Below, piece by piece: positions 38,746 through 51,478 of a stretch of DNA of 64,000 nt. This DNA comes from Octopus vulgaris (lineage: Eukaryota), in assembly GCA_951406725.2 (NCBI GenBank), contig OX597815.1:119908001-119972000 (forward strand), given 5' to 3'. The notes below the pieces were generated by a model. That model made no database searches. It was not told where the DNA came from and saw nothing but the letters and a program-made list of their open reading frames with translations. How positions within the stretch are numbered: the stretch's first letter is position 1; the number at the start of each line of letters is the position of its first letter. A program made the position numbers and the translations under genes.

Positions 38746-39219
38746 TCATTATTCAATTTATTTCAAGATTTCTTACCAAAAGAGAAAGAACCGGTTTCTA
38801 ACCTAGATTCAAGTCTCCTTCATTGGAATTTCAACATCAACAACAGGGTATTTTTGTATGTATGTGCAGATTGGTATGTTTCATGTATGTATTCTCATGC
38901 ATATAGTTGCATATCTAGACATGCCCATATTTTACAAATTTTTACATTTCCTGTGATGAATTGGATCTGTAGTCTTCGAATTATCTTTCTCCTTTCTGGT
39001 TTTGAGAAGCCTAATTTCTCAAGATTGGTATTTATGCAGTATGTTACAGATCCCTGGGCCCCAATAATCACAGGTAAAAACCTGAACTTGTAATCTGGGT
39101 AGAGTAACTGCAGATTTTTCAATAGCTCAGCATAGGTGTTCTCTTTTCAACTGATCTTCAGCTTTGAGTTAACATCCACTGGGCAGCTAATTTCTACGAT
39201 TGTACACAGTTTCTCTTCT
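38746..39219 (-). mobile_element. R4/Dong-like RLE retrotransposon, 5'-truncated
   Basis: LCTIVEISCPVDVN..NTYAELLKNLQLLYPDYKFRFLPVIIGA..NLEKLGFSKPERRKIIRRLQ; same 3' end as 14280-14706; TATGTATGTAT on both flanks. Confidence 0.8.
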
Positions 39220-39233
39220 TATGTATGTATATA

Positions 39234-39445
39234 CAAAGGGTGCTGAAAAGTTCCTGGTTTTAAGTGTATCGTGAAAAGCCTGGCTGGAGGTCCAACCTTC
39301 TGGGTTCTTTTACAGGGCTTAGAAAAACTGAAGGACTGCTGCAGTATGTGTGTGAATCTGAGAGGGAAATATGTTGAATAAAATCATAATTAACTAATGC
39401 TCCTTTAATTTCAACCAATGGTAGGAGCTTTTCCGCACCCCTTTG
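39234..39445 (+). mobile_element. Mariner-derived MITE
   Basis: TIRs CAAAGGGTGCTGAAAAGTTCCT / AGGAGCTTTTCCGCACCCCTTTG, TA on both sides, internal mariner C-terminus LRGKYVE*. Confidence 0.8.
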
Positions 39446-40160
39446 TATGTATGAATGCACGTTTATGTATGTATGTATGTATGTCCTATATTTATGCATG
39501 CATGGTTGTGTACATGGTTGTGTATCTGTATGTGTGTTGTTTACATTTGCTCTTCTACAAATATCACTGAGTGACAAGCAATGACATTGTCATCTCTCAC
39601 CTTCCAACCATTAACAAATCCCCCATTTATATATTATAATACTGCACGTACATATACCACAAAGGTAGTTTTATATAAATCTACTACTTGTCCAGTTTCC
39701 ATATATAATGGTTTGACTTTAGCAATGTCTTCATGTTTACCTGAACAAACTACCTTGTGTTTGACTTCAGCTTGTCAAATACATAAAATATCTACATATC
39801 ATTTTTGCATTTAACATTTTCATTTTGAATCCATCTATGGCTGGCTCCACTTTTCATAAACTTTTCAAAATAAATAGTGAAATAGTGAAACAAAGGAATG
39901 TATTTATCTTTCTCCTGGTTTTGAAGTAATATTTTAATATAAGATTGAAGTAATTTTTAATATTATATAAATATATAGGTGCAGGAGTGGCTGTATGGTA
40001 ATTGTAGCTTGCTTACCAACCACATGGTTCCAGGTTCAGTATCACTGCTTGTCACCTTGGGCAAGTGTTATCTACTATAGCCTTGGGCCAACCAAAGCCT
40101 TGTGAGTGGATTTGATAGATGGAAACTGAAAGAAGCCTGTTGTATATATATATGTATATG

Positions 40161-40195
<35 letters not shown>

Positions 40196-40419
40196 ATGTA
40201 TTTGTGTGTGTGTCTGTGTTTGTCCCCCTACACTCGCTTGACAACCGATGTTGGTGTGTTCACGTCCCAGTAACTTAGCAGTTTGGCAAAAGACACCTAT
40301 AGAATAAGTACTAGCGTCGATTTGTTCGACTAAAGGTGGTACTCCAGCATGGCCACAATCAAATGACTGAAACAAATAAAAGAATATATATATATAACCT
40401 AACTTGGAAATGGATGTGT

Positions 40420-41105
40420 GGCGTTCACACTCATGACCATCGTCCATCTTTCTTTTCCTCATATGATCATCTTTCTTTACGTTCAGTCTGTCGTACAGAC
40501 CACACGTATTCTTATCTGTCTCCTCTTCCATCTTTTTTCTTGTCGGAGACAATATTTCTCCAGTATTCACAACTTAACCGTGTCTGGCCTAACAGCCCTC
40601 TGTGTTTGTTTTCATTTGTTGTATGCCTCCACTGTCCTGTTTTTGTTACCAACTTTGATCCTCCGCAAATCCCAAATTTTATTTTGGTTTGCGGGAGCAA
40701 CTGCCTTTCGAAGTCTCATATTCATTATCATCATCATCATCATCATCATTTAACGTCCGTTTTCCATGCTAGCATGGGTTGGACGGTTCGACCGGGGTCT
40801 GGTAAACCATGGAGGCTGCACCAGGCTCTAGTCTGATTTGGCAGTGTTTCTACAGCTGGATGCCCTTCCTAACGCCAACCACTCCGTGAGTGTAGTGGGT
40901 GCTTTTTACGAGCCACCGGCACAAGAGCCAGAGCAGGCTGGCAATTCAAAATGAGGAGTAGACAGCCGACAATTGATGAAGGTTCGTTCTATGCATTACT
41001 TGTTTTGTTTTCCATTTGTTTCTCTCGTTGTTTGCATACCCAAATTTGTTTTCATATTTCATGTTGTTTACGTTTTGTGACATCCTGTACCCATATGCAT
41101 ATATA
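40420..41105. mobile_element. Copy of the 54625-55435 element, interrupted by an RTE 3' end (~40728-40945)
   Basis: Shared CCTCCGCAA..AAATTTTATTT..TTTGC.GGAGCAA and ACAGCC.ACAA.TGATGAAGG..GACATCCTGT.CCCA blocks. Confidence 0.6.
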
Positions 41106-41172
41106 TATATATACACATATATGTATGTATTACATATATGTATGTATATATATGTACACACACATACTCACT

Positions 41173-41230
<58 letters not shown>

Positions 41231-41248
41231 CATACATACATACATACA

Positions 41249-41282
<34 letters not shown>

Positions 41283-41534
41283 CATATATATAAGAAGACC
41301 CATCAAGCCAAGTAAAATCAGTTGTGGCAGATACTGGTGTCACACAAATGGCACTCTGGCCAGTGGCACATACAAGCACCCATTACACTCTCTGAGTGGT
41401 TGGCGGTAGGAAGGGCACCCAACCATAGGAACCATGCCAAATCAGACTGGAGTCTGGTGCAGTCTTCCAGCTTGCCAGCCCCGGTCAAACCGTCCAACCC
41501 ATATAACTGGCAGTCTGTTGGTTATGATGATGAT

Positions 41535-42245
41535 TGTTTCAGTTGATCTGATCAACTGAACAACCTGCTCATGAAATTAACATACAAGTGGTTGAGCACT
41601 CCACAGATACATGTACCCTTAACATAATTCTCAGGGAGATTCAACATGACACAGAATGTGATAAGGCTGGCCCTTTGAATTGCAGGTACTACTCATTTTT
41701 TCCAGCTGAGTGGACTGGAGCAATGTGAAATAAAGTCTCTTCTTGAAGAACACATTTTGCTGCCAGGAATTGAAATCACAACCTTACAATCATGAGCTGA
41801 ATACCCTAACCATTAAGCCATGGGCCTTCACAATGTATCATCATTGTTTAACATCCGCTTTCCATGCTGGCATGGGTTGGATGGTTTGACCGGGGACTGG
41901 CAAACCAGATGGCTGCACCAGGCTCCAATCTGCTCTGGCAGAATTTCTACAGCTGGATGCCCTTCCTAATGCCAACCACTGTGAGAGTGTAGTGGGTGCT
42001 TTTACTTGCCACTGGCATGAGGGCCAGTCAGGCGGTTCTGGCAATGGCCACACTCAAATGTTGTTTTTTACCTGCCACCTGCACAGGAGCCAGTCCAGTG
42101 GCACTGGCAACAACCTCACTTGGATGCTGTTTTTCACGTGCCACCAGCACAAGTGCCAGTAAGGTGATGCTGGTAATGATCATGCATAAGGCAATGCTGG
42201 TAATGAATGATGCTTTTTATGTGCCACTGGCATAGGAGCCAGTCA
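41535..42245 (-). mobile_element. SINE family C followed by an RTE 3' UTR remnant
   Basis: Family C at 41535-41830; RTE tail and UTR units at 41838-42245. Confidence 0.75.
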
Positions 42246-43055
42246 GTCCTTGAACAAATAATTCATTCTAAATTTGGCACAAGGCCAACAATTATGAAGT
42301 GACGGTGACAGTGATTACATCAATCCAGTGCTCAACTGGTACTTATTTGATCAACTCAGAAAGGATAAAGCAAAGTTGACCTCAGCAATATTTGAACTCA
42401 GAACATAAAGAGACAGAAGACTCCAAGAACAGATAATAAAAATATCAAGTTGCTCACTTTCCTCCCTCTCTTACTCCCACCTTTAGTCTTAAACATCTAC
42501 TATGTTAATTCTCTTGTGTTTTTCTCAGTCACATCATATGAATGAGAAAAGAAGGGGTGATGGCAGACTGGTAGTGGGAGCGTTTCAACTCTGTGTGAGT
42601 ATATGTAGTATATGTAAAAGGGATGTATGTGAATGTGTGTGTCTGTAAAATGGAAGTGGAATGCTGAACATTCAGAGCTGAAAAGAAAAATCAAACCATG
42701 TTTCAGCTCTGTGTGAGTATATGTATGTATGTATGTGTGTGTACAAGGGAAGTATGTGAATGTTTGTATGTGTGGACCAGCGTTGTTTCAGTAACAAATG
42801 ATAATCGATGTCACATCTCAAAAGACAACCACTAGATAACATTGATAAGTGTATTAATTAGATTTACCATCCTTATTCTATCCTGTTTTTGGTCACAGCC
42901 AGCATTATGTGGCCTTAAGTTGTACAAGAAGGAAGGAAAACTTTAAAATTCTTTTGAAGGAAACAGACAGTCAAGGGATGTTAGTTGTGGAGAGATTTTT
43001 CACAAAAAATTTGGTAATAAAAGAATTATTAAACTAAAACTTGGTTTTGTACTTA

Positions 43056-43360
43056 TTACCTCTGCCTTAGCAAAGGCGGAGGGAGGTATTGTTTTCAGTC
43101 ATGTTTGTTTGTTTGTTTGCCCATGGACAAGATACCTCAAGAACCACCAGATGGATTTGGATGAAACTTTCAGGGATGTTTGGCCTTATGACTGGCACAA
43201 ACTGATTAGATTTTAGGATTGATCTGGTACTGGACAAGGATTCTGGTTTATTTTTCCTGTTTTTTTTTTTTTACTTCATTTTTGAGAGCGATTGGGTTCA
43301 TGTTTAGTATTCTTGTTTGTGAAAGCAGTTGAGTTTATTTCAGATATTCTCATTTTAAAA
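43056..43360 (+). mobile_element. HINE (Helentron-associated), 3'-truncated
   Basis: TTACCTCTGCCTTAGCAAAGGCGGAGG..GTATTGTTTTCAGTC; reverse complement of 46614-46954. Confidence 0.7.
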
Positions 43361-43610
43361 ATTAAGTTTGTAAAAAAGTTATCTATAATAACTAATCCTT
43401 TCTACTATAGGCACAGTGCCCGAAACTTTAAGGAACGGGGATAGTTGATTACATCAACCCCCAGTACTCAACTGGTATTTATTTTACCAGCCCTGAAAGG
43501 ATGAAAGATAAAAAGGTAAATTTGGCTTCGATGGAATTCAAGCTCAGAACATAAAGACAGACGAAACACCACTGATCATTTTGTCCAACATACAAATAAC
43601 TGCCAGTTTT

Positions 43611-43745
43611 TTTTAAAAATTATTAGTTATAAGTCTTCATTTGTTTTAAAGTCTCGTTGCTGGGACAATGCTCTCTCTAATAATATCGTCCCAGCAATAA
43701 GACTTTGATAAAAACTGAAGACTTATAAGAATAATCATTTTTAAA
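43611..43745. other. Imperfect long hairpin (~55-bp arms)
   Basis: TTATAAGTCTTCA..AAAGTCTCGTTGCTGGGAC pairs with GTCCCAGCAATAAGACTTTG..TGAAGACTTATAA. Confidence 0.75.
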
Positions 43746-44421
43746 GAAATGAAAGAAATATTGTTTGTGACCAATATCTGGTTACAACCCAGTTGATTTG
43801 TGCAAGTTACAATAAATCAAACTACATTATGAGCAACAAATTCATGTGAAAACCACTTTTAGTAAAGTGGAAACAGTATGTTATATTCCAAAATGGCTGA
43901 AATAAGTGTGAAGCATTTATCAAAAAGATCTGAAGATGTAAAAACTGTATTTTAAACCCCATAATTTTTTGTACTTAAAATCTGGAAAAAAAGGTTTTGT
44001 AATGGATTATAGTACTATCTATGTATAAGAAACTCTCATATTTTTTTAACCTAATTTTTGGCAAAAATTGGTTCTTTATACATGTTAAAATACAGCAATT
44101 CTCACAAACCATATTTCGCATTATTTGATATTTTAAAAAGTCAAATAGAGAGTAAAAATTATTTTAAAATTATTACATGGCCATAAAATTTGGACACCTT
44201 TCTGGAGCTTTCCCCCTCATTTGAGGAACCTTGACTTACGAGTTACTTGGTGACCTCACTAGTGCTGGTACCACATAAAAAGCACCAAGTACTTTCTGTA
44301 AAGTGGTTGGCATTAGGAAAGGCATTCATGCTAAAGTAGACACTGAAGCTGGGTTCAGTCCTCTGGCTTACTGGCTCCTATTGAACCATCCAACCCATTC
44401 CATCATGGAAAATGGATGTCA

Positions 44422-44482
<61 letters not shown>

Positions 44483-44522
44483 GTGATGATGGTGATGATG
44501 GTGATGATGGTGATGATGGTGG

Positions 44523-44601
<79 letters not shown>
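44422..44601. repeat. (GAT)n expanded retroelement tail
   Basis: Follows an RTE-type 3' end at ~44255-44421. Confidence 0.9.
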
Positions 44602-44602
<1 letters not shown>

Positions 44603-45662
44603 CATTCTTATTTTTAAAAAAAATGATTTAGGAGTTATTAGGGGTGGCTTGGAATTTTGAATAAAGGATTATCAACTGTAGTTAATCAGCTTTTTAGTTA
44701 ATTAGAGTATTAATTTTGCATTGGACTATAGTTGACATCTTACATAAGCATACACCTAGAAATTTCTAGGAGGCTAACAGAATAATTGTCATGAACACAT
44801 CTTTTTAAAGGACATCCATAATTTAAGTGGATAGTAATGGCTTCAAGTAGGAATTATTATTAGAGAAAGGATTTAGTTAGGAAAAAAATTACTTCTTCTT
44901 TAATGGCACTCACACAAATCCATCCTTAATTGACACTGCTTTTAATCCCTTGATAATATTAATCAAAAGAATTACACATGATAAAATCGTACAAAAGATA
45001 AAGACTGTACCATATGTATCTAGAACCTGTGTTAGATAATGTTACCAAAGAACCACATAATACATAAAAATTTAAAATATCTCAGTTCCAACAGATTATT
45101 AAAGAACACTACTTAGTTTTAATTCCATAGAATTATGCAAATTTATTCAGACAGACAATCTTGAAGCATACTTAGAATAGATGAGGTTGCAAATGGTGAT
45201 AAGGCTTTGATGAACTTCACTGGTTAATTAATTCACTAAATTATTAATCAAACAGTCAATTAGTTAATTGGTTAAATGGTTAACATATTGGCTGATAATA
45301 ACAAAAGAAGTAAAATAGAATCAGTGTTTGTATTTATTATTGGCATAATGACATTCCCAAGATATGCCAATATATTGGGAATACACCAATTTGTTTGGTG
45401 CTTATTCTACTAAATGGCTAAGTGAAATAAGACATTTAGTATTAAATGTACTGCTCAAATACACAACAAAATACTAGCTGTAGATTTGAACTGAACGCCT
45501 TTGAGTTAGTAAGTTAATACTTTATCTACTTGGATATTGTCACTACTATCATCTACTAAGGAGAACTAAGTACATTATGTGCTTACTTTAATATATTTTC
45601 TTGCTATATGCTCATTTATATATATGTATGTATGTATGTATATATAAGCAAAGAAGTCCCTT

Positions 45663-45694
<32 letters not shown>

Positions 45695-46613
45695 CGGTGG
45701 CACGTAAAAAGCACCATCCGTTCGTGGCTGTTGCCAGCCTCGCCTGGTCCCCGTGCCGGTGGCACATAAAAAGCACCATCCGATTGTGGGCGTTTGCCAG
45801 ACTCATCTGGCACCTGTGCAGGTGGCATGTAAAAAGCACCCACTACACTCATGGAGTGGTTGGCGTTAGGAAGGGCATCCAGCCATAGAAACATTGCCAG
45901 ATCAAACTGGGCCTGTTGCAGCCTTCTGGCTTCCCAGACCCCAGTTGAACCATCCAACCCATGTAGCTGGAGTGGTTTAATAAAGTATGTGATTGATGTA
46001 TTATCTGGTAGTTGATAAATGATTTAGATGTATTTCTCCATTTTCTTATTTTGTATATATATATATATATTTTAAGGGACTTCTCTGCCTTTCAGCTTGC
46101 TATAGAGAACAGAGCATAAATATATATACTTCACAAGTACCTCTGTCTTGTTTAATCCTTACTAACAACTTCCAGATTTTGCTATCCATTTATTTCTGCC
46201 TCTAGCCCTGCCTTATTTCTGTGTGATTCATAATCCTCCAAATGATGTCTTGTACTGAGGATTCCACTGTAGACTTTACTTTGTGATGTTTGGTGCCAGT
46301 CATCCAAGAGTTTGTTCAGTCCAATGAGATTTCTCTTTTTCAGGGTAACTCACAGCAAAATCTCTACCTTAAATAATTTCCGTAGCTGTCTGAATGTCTA
46401 GCAACATAAAAAAAAAACCCACTTCAGTATTTAACAGTAGCAATAACAATTTAAGTAAACTCATAACCATAAAATATCAAGTTGACAAACTGATAAAGTT
46501 ATTAGGGAATCAAGTAGAATGTCTTGCTATATATCTTCTAACTCGCTGTTTTATGGGTTCAAATCCTGCCAAGGTCAACTTTGCTTTTCATCCTTTTGGG
46601 TAGATCAAAAAAT

Positions 46614-46954
46614 AACAAGAGCACTCAGAGAGCACAAACCTCCACCAAGGCAACACCAACGTCCTCTCAACAATTAGTCAGAGATGATTTTTAAAGTGAG
46701 AATATCTTAAATAAACTTGACTGCCCTCACAAACAAGAATACTAAAAATGAATCTGACTGCTCTCAAAAATTAAGTAAAAAAACTAGAAAAATAATCCAG
46801 AATCCTTCTCCAGTACTGAATCAATCCCAACATCTAAATAGTTTGTGCCAGTTTCATCTGAATCCATCCAGTGGTTCTCAAGGTATCTTGTCAACGGACA
46901 AACAAACAGACATGACTGAAAACAATACCTCCACCTTTGCTAAGTCAGAGGTAA
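46614..46954 (-). mobile_element. HINE (Helentron-associated), full length
   Basis: GCACTCAGAGAG.. hairpin end, subTIR ACCTCCACCAAGG, other end ACCTCCACCTTTGCTAAGTCAGAGGTAA; follows a family A SINE core. Confidence 0.75.
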
Positions 46955-47714
46955 CAATCTAGGGTAGTGGATAAGTAGAACTATAAGAATAATGGACCAG
47001 ATATCTTGTTCTAGTTCCTAATTCCTGGCTTCAAATTCCACCAAGGTCAACCTTACCTTTTATTCTTATGGAGTTGACAAAATAGTACTTACCAACATTT
47101 GTGGATTGGCAGAGCTGTAAGCATGTCAAACCAGATGCCCTATAGTAATTATTTCATTTCTATGCATTTTGGGTTCAAAACTCACCATGGACTCTTGAAT
47201 GGTAGACTTAATCTATTGTTCAGTTTCACATAACCATCTGGCACCTAGGGTTTCTTTAGCAGAATCCACTCTGTTGTAAACACAGGGACCTGATCTCCAG
47301 TCTGAGGATACTTCCTCCCTCTCAGAAGTTTTGGTGGAGGGCCTTGTAAAAAGTCATGGGCACTGCCTTCCCTTCTGATTAAAAGATAAAATTAAATAAA
47401 CTTAGATGAATATCATCATCATTTATCCTTCGTTTTCCTTGCTTGCACAGGCTGGACAGACTGACAGGATCTGGCCAGCTGGAGTGCTGACTAGGCACCA
47501 ATTGTCAGTTTTGGCATGGTTTCTACAGCTGGATGCCCTTCCTAATGCCAACCACTTTACAGAGTGCACTGGGTGCCTTTTAAGTGACACCAGCATAGGT
47601 TCATTATACATGGCAGCAGCATAGGTGCTTTTGGGTGGTACCAGCATGGTTGGTCATGTGTGGCACTGTCGTGGGTGCTTTTATGTGGAACAAGTGCTTT
47701 TGCAAGTCACTGGG

Positions 47715-47995
47715 GATACTCCTATATAAAAGTTGGGAACTAATCAGAGAACTCTTACTAAAGTCGGAATTTAAAAAATTCTCTCTCTATTCGAAAAGAC
47801 AGTGTATTTGAAGGATATGGAAGAAAATTGATATTGAACACTAGTGAGACTTGGAAATTGAATGTAAAACACCTGTGGCAAACAAAGAAGAATGAACCGA
47901 GCATGATTATTTAGATTTACAATGCAGGAAAGGCAAAGTGTAAGTGAGATAAGAAAGCAGTTGGGGATTAAACGCATCAGCTGTCAGTGTAAGGC
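47715..47995 (+). mobile_element. Old RTE ORF2 fragment
   Basis: LNTSETWKLNVKHL..NEPSM..RQSVSEIRKQLGIKRIS. Confidence 0.5.
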
Positions 47996-48707
47996 TTTTT
48001 TTCATTAATGATATTACACAAGTCTTGTAATATAGAAGATTTTTATGTTATTTTTCTTAAGTGTTTTTTAGTATCATGTTAGAATAGACATGTGTGAGAG
48101 GGGCAACTACATATAACAGCTACACAGCACTGCTGATATGAGAAAGAAGAACAGCTTTACTAATATGAATATGCGATGTGAATGATGTTGGTCAGAAAAG
48201 TAGAGAGAAATGAGAGAGTGGATGAAGAAGTGGAGAAATCAGATCTAAGGAAAACAGACCCTCAAAAATGAAGGGACAAAGGGTTGAGTAGGTTGAAGTA
48301 TTGAAGTATTGTAGAGAAGGCATTCTCAACCAGCATGAAAGACAGAGTTCAATATGTATTACACACATGAATCCACAAGCCTAAGTCACTTGACTACAGG
48401 ACATAAGGTTGAACAATAAGGTTGTACTGATGACATTTATAGAGGCAGGAACATATGTTTGTGACTATCCTCTTATCTCCAGGCAATAAACTTGTCCTTT
48501 CCTTTAATGGCATGTCAGCTTTGGAGAATTCTTTGTCTGTCCTTGTCTGTCCCCTCTGTGTGTAGCCCCTTGTGGGCAGTAAAGAAATAAGAAACTGAAA
48601 GAAATTCATTGTGTATACATATATATATATATATCATCATTATCATCGTTTAATGTTCATCTTCCATGCATGCCTGCATTTGAGTGTGTGCGCGTGTGTG
48701 TGTGTGT

Positions 48708-49005
48708 TCTCAACCGGGGAACATCCTTAACTCCAGAGTAGAGGTCTTCGGACCATGCTTGCACTTCAGGAAATTCCTGCTGGGCTACTGGAAGCCACAC
48801 GATAACAGGGTCATTTATGATCAACAGCCAAAGGGAGACAATCTCCGGATGTTGACATAAGGTAACAAAACCTTTTCCTCGTCCATTTTCTAGAGAGGCC
48901 ACTTGCTAGAGAAGCCATCAGACAACAGGTTTTGGGATCTGATGATACACTGTAAAGCTAAGTGCTTTATGGATGTGAAACCCAGGGTAACCCCATAAAC
49001 CAGCC
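48708..49005 (+). mobile_element. Penelope-like element 3' end (GIY-YIG C-terminus plus pLTR)
   Basis: NILNSRVEVFGPCLHFRKFLL resembles the PLE C-terminal LN.R.E....C.H..KFLL motif; followed by a hammerhead motif. Confidence 0.65.
48928..49001 (+). ncRNA. Type I hammerhead ribozyme, minimal stem III
   Basis: Stem I GGTTTTGGGAT/ACCCCATAAACC; CTGATGA 48939-45; stem II with TGTAAAGC/GCTTTATG; GAAA 48977-80; ACCC-A-GGGT; GTA cleavage triplet ending 48989. Confidence 0.8.
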
Positions 49006-49033
49006 TTGTCTAACTTCTCTTTCTCTGTCTCTG

Positions 49034-49077
<44 letters not shown>

Positions 49078-49734
49078 GTTCTCCTATGGAGCTGGTCTTA
49101 ACTCCCATTGGGTAATTATGATATATACTTTAGAAGCAGCAATGATTTTAATAAATCATGAATTTATGTTGTACAGTATTTGATATACTTGTATTTGTTT
49201 ATGTTCTTCAAATTCATGCTACTAGTTACTCTAAGTTAAGCTGTAGAGTTAACCGTGACAAAGCTGGCAGTGGAGCTTGGCATAGTCTTCTGATTTGCCA
49301 GCTCCTGTCAAACTGTCCAACAAACCATGCCAGCATAGAAAACAGATGTTGATTGTAGATGATTTAATTTCATATATATATATATGTATATGTATATGAA
49401 TAATATATATATATATATATACACACACACATATATATATGTATATATATATATATAAGAAAAAGAAAAAGAGAATATATGTATCATCATCATTTAACGT
49501 CCATTGTCCATGCTGGCATGGGTTGGATGATTTGACTGGGCTGGCATGCTGGAAGGCTACACCAGACTCCAGTCTCATTTAGCATAGTTTTCTATGGCTG
49601 GATGCCCTTCGTAATGCCAACCACTCCAAGAGTGTAAAGGGTGCTTTTATGTGCCACCGGCATAGGTGCCATTTGTGTGGCGCTGAGGTGCATTTACGTG
49701 CACACACATACACACTCACACACACTTATATATC

Positions 49735-50220
49735 AAATCTGCCTTCAAGCAGATTGAGACATCCTTAGACCAGCACTGCCTCACCTTCCTATATTCCCCT
49801 TTGAAGCCAGACAATGGTAGTTGACTCAGTTTGTTGCCCTCCTCATCTACTGGTACCCTTTGTGATGATGAGTACACTCATATTGGAGTGGACCTGCACC
49901 TTGTTCTCTGCACATGTGAACCAGACAAAGGCTTTTGTAGAGTTGTAGTTGATGAATTTGACTTGCAGACATAGTGTGTGTTACACCATTCTGAACGGGC
50001 CTTGATGCAACTGGATCCCCATCACAACAGGAGCCTGTAGGAATGGTGAGTGCCATAATGGAATAACCCTCTACTTGTACAAGGGAGGAAAATCCCTAAT
50101 TTGGGATGCAATGTGCTGTGACATATTCCTCCTCTCTGACCTTGCTGCATCAACCACAAACCTGGGTATCGCTCGCCATAACACAATGAATAAGAAGTTA
50201 AACAACTGCAGGTGCATGAC
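49735..50220 (+). mobile_element. CRE-clade RLE retrotransposon C-terminal fragment
   Basis: SSTGTLCDDEYTHIGVDLHL..CEP..C..VVDEF..TCRHS..ALDATGSPSQQEPVG..NGITLYLYKGGKSLIWDAMCCD. Confidence 0.65.
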
Positions 50221-50249
50221 TGGTTGCTATTTGTTGTGCCAATTCTCCT

Positions 50250-50740
50250 ATGGAGATTGGCACTTCTTTACTCAGCTGTCCTCATCCATACACATCACAT
50301 GACCATGCCAGCACAGCCATCTCTCTTGTACACCACATCTGATGCCTCTTATGCTTAACTTTTCTCTCTCAAGATGCTTACACTCTGTCAAACAATCACA
50401 CTGACATTGCACGTCCAGTGAAGCATGCTGGCTTCATATCTTTCAAACCTATGCATGTCCTCGGCTATCACATCCCATGTTTCACTGCCATCATACAATC
50501 TGCCTTTCACTCTAGGGAAGAGGCCCTTTGTTGCCATCAGAGTTAGGGGCTCTCTGAACTTTGCCCTGTCTTATTCTCACAGCTACACTTTCAGAGCATC
50601 CATCTCCACTACTAACTTGGTTACTTAGATAAAGGAAGCTATCTACTACCTTTAGCATACCCACCAGGCAGTTGATAAAGTCTATTTTCTGTACATATTT
50701 CGATGTAACTGTGCATCTTCCATACACAAAATCTATTTCC
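50250..50740 (-). mobile_element. Decayed RTE ORF2 fragment
   Basis: [26 protein letters not shown], collinear with 36700-37200. Confidence 0.75.
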
Positions 50741-50954
50741 CCTGTTATGTGTGTGTGTGTGTGCGTGCACATAATTGAAAAATTTGGAGTCAACAAGAAG
50801 GAGTACGGCATGCAGGTACTTGATTATACAGCCATTTTCCTGCATTATCATTTCATTTATCTATTCATACACAACAAATGCCCAAACACAAACATGGAAG
50901 TATGTATAATACTACTACTGGATACATCTGAAGGTGGACAAGCTTTATACTATA

Positions 50955-51478
<524 letters not shown>

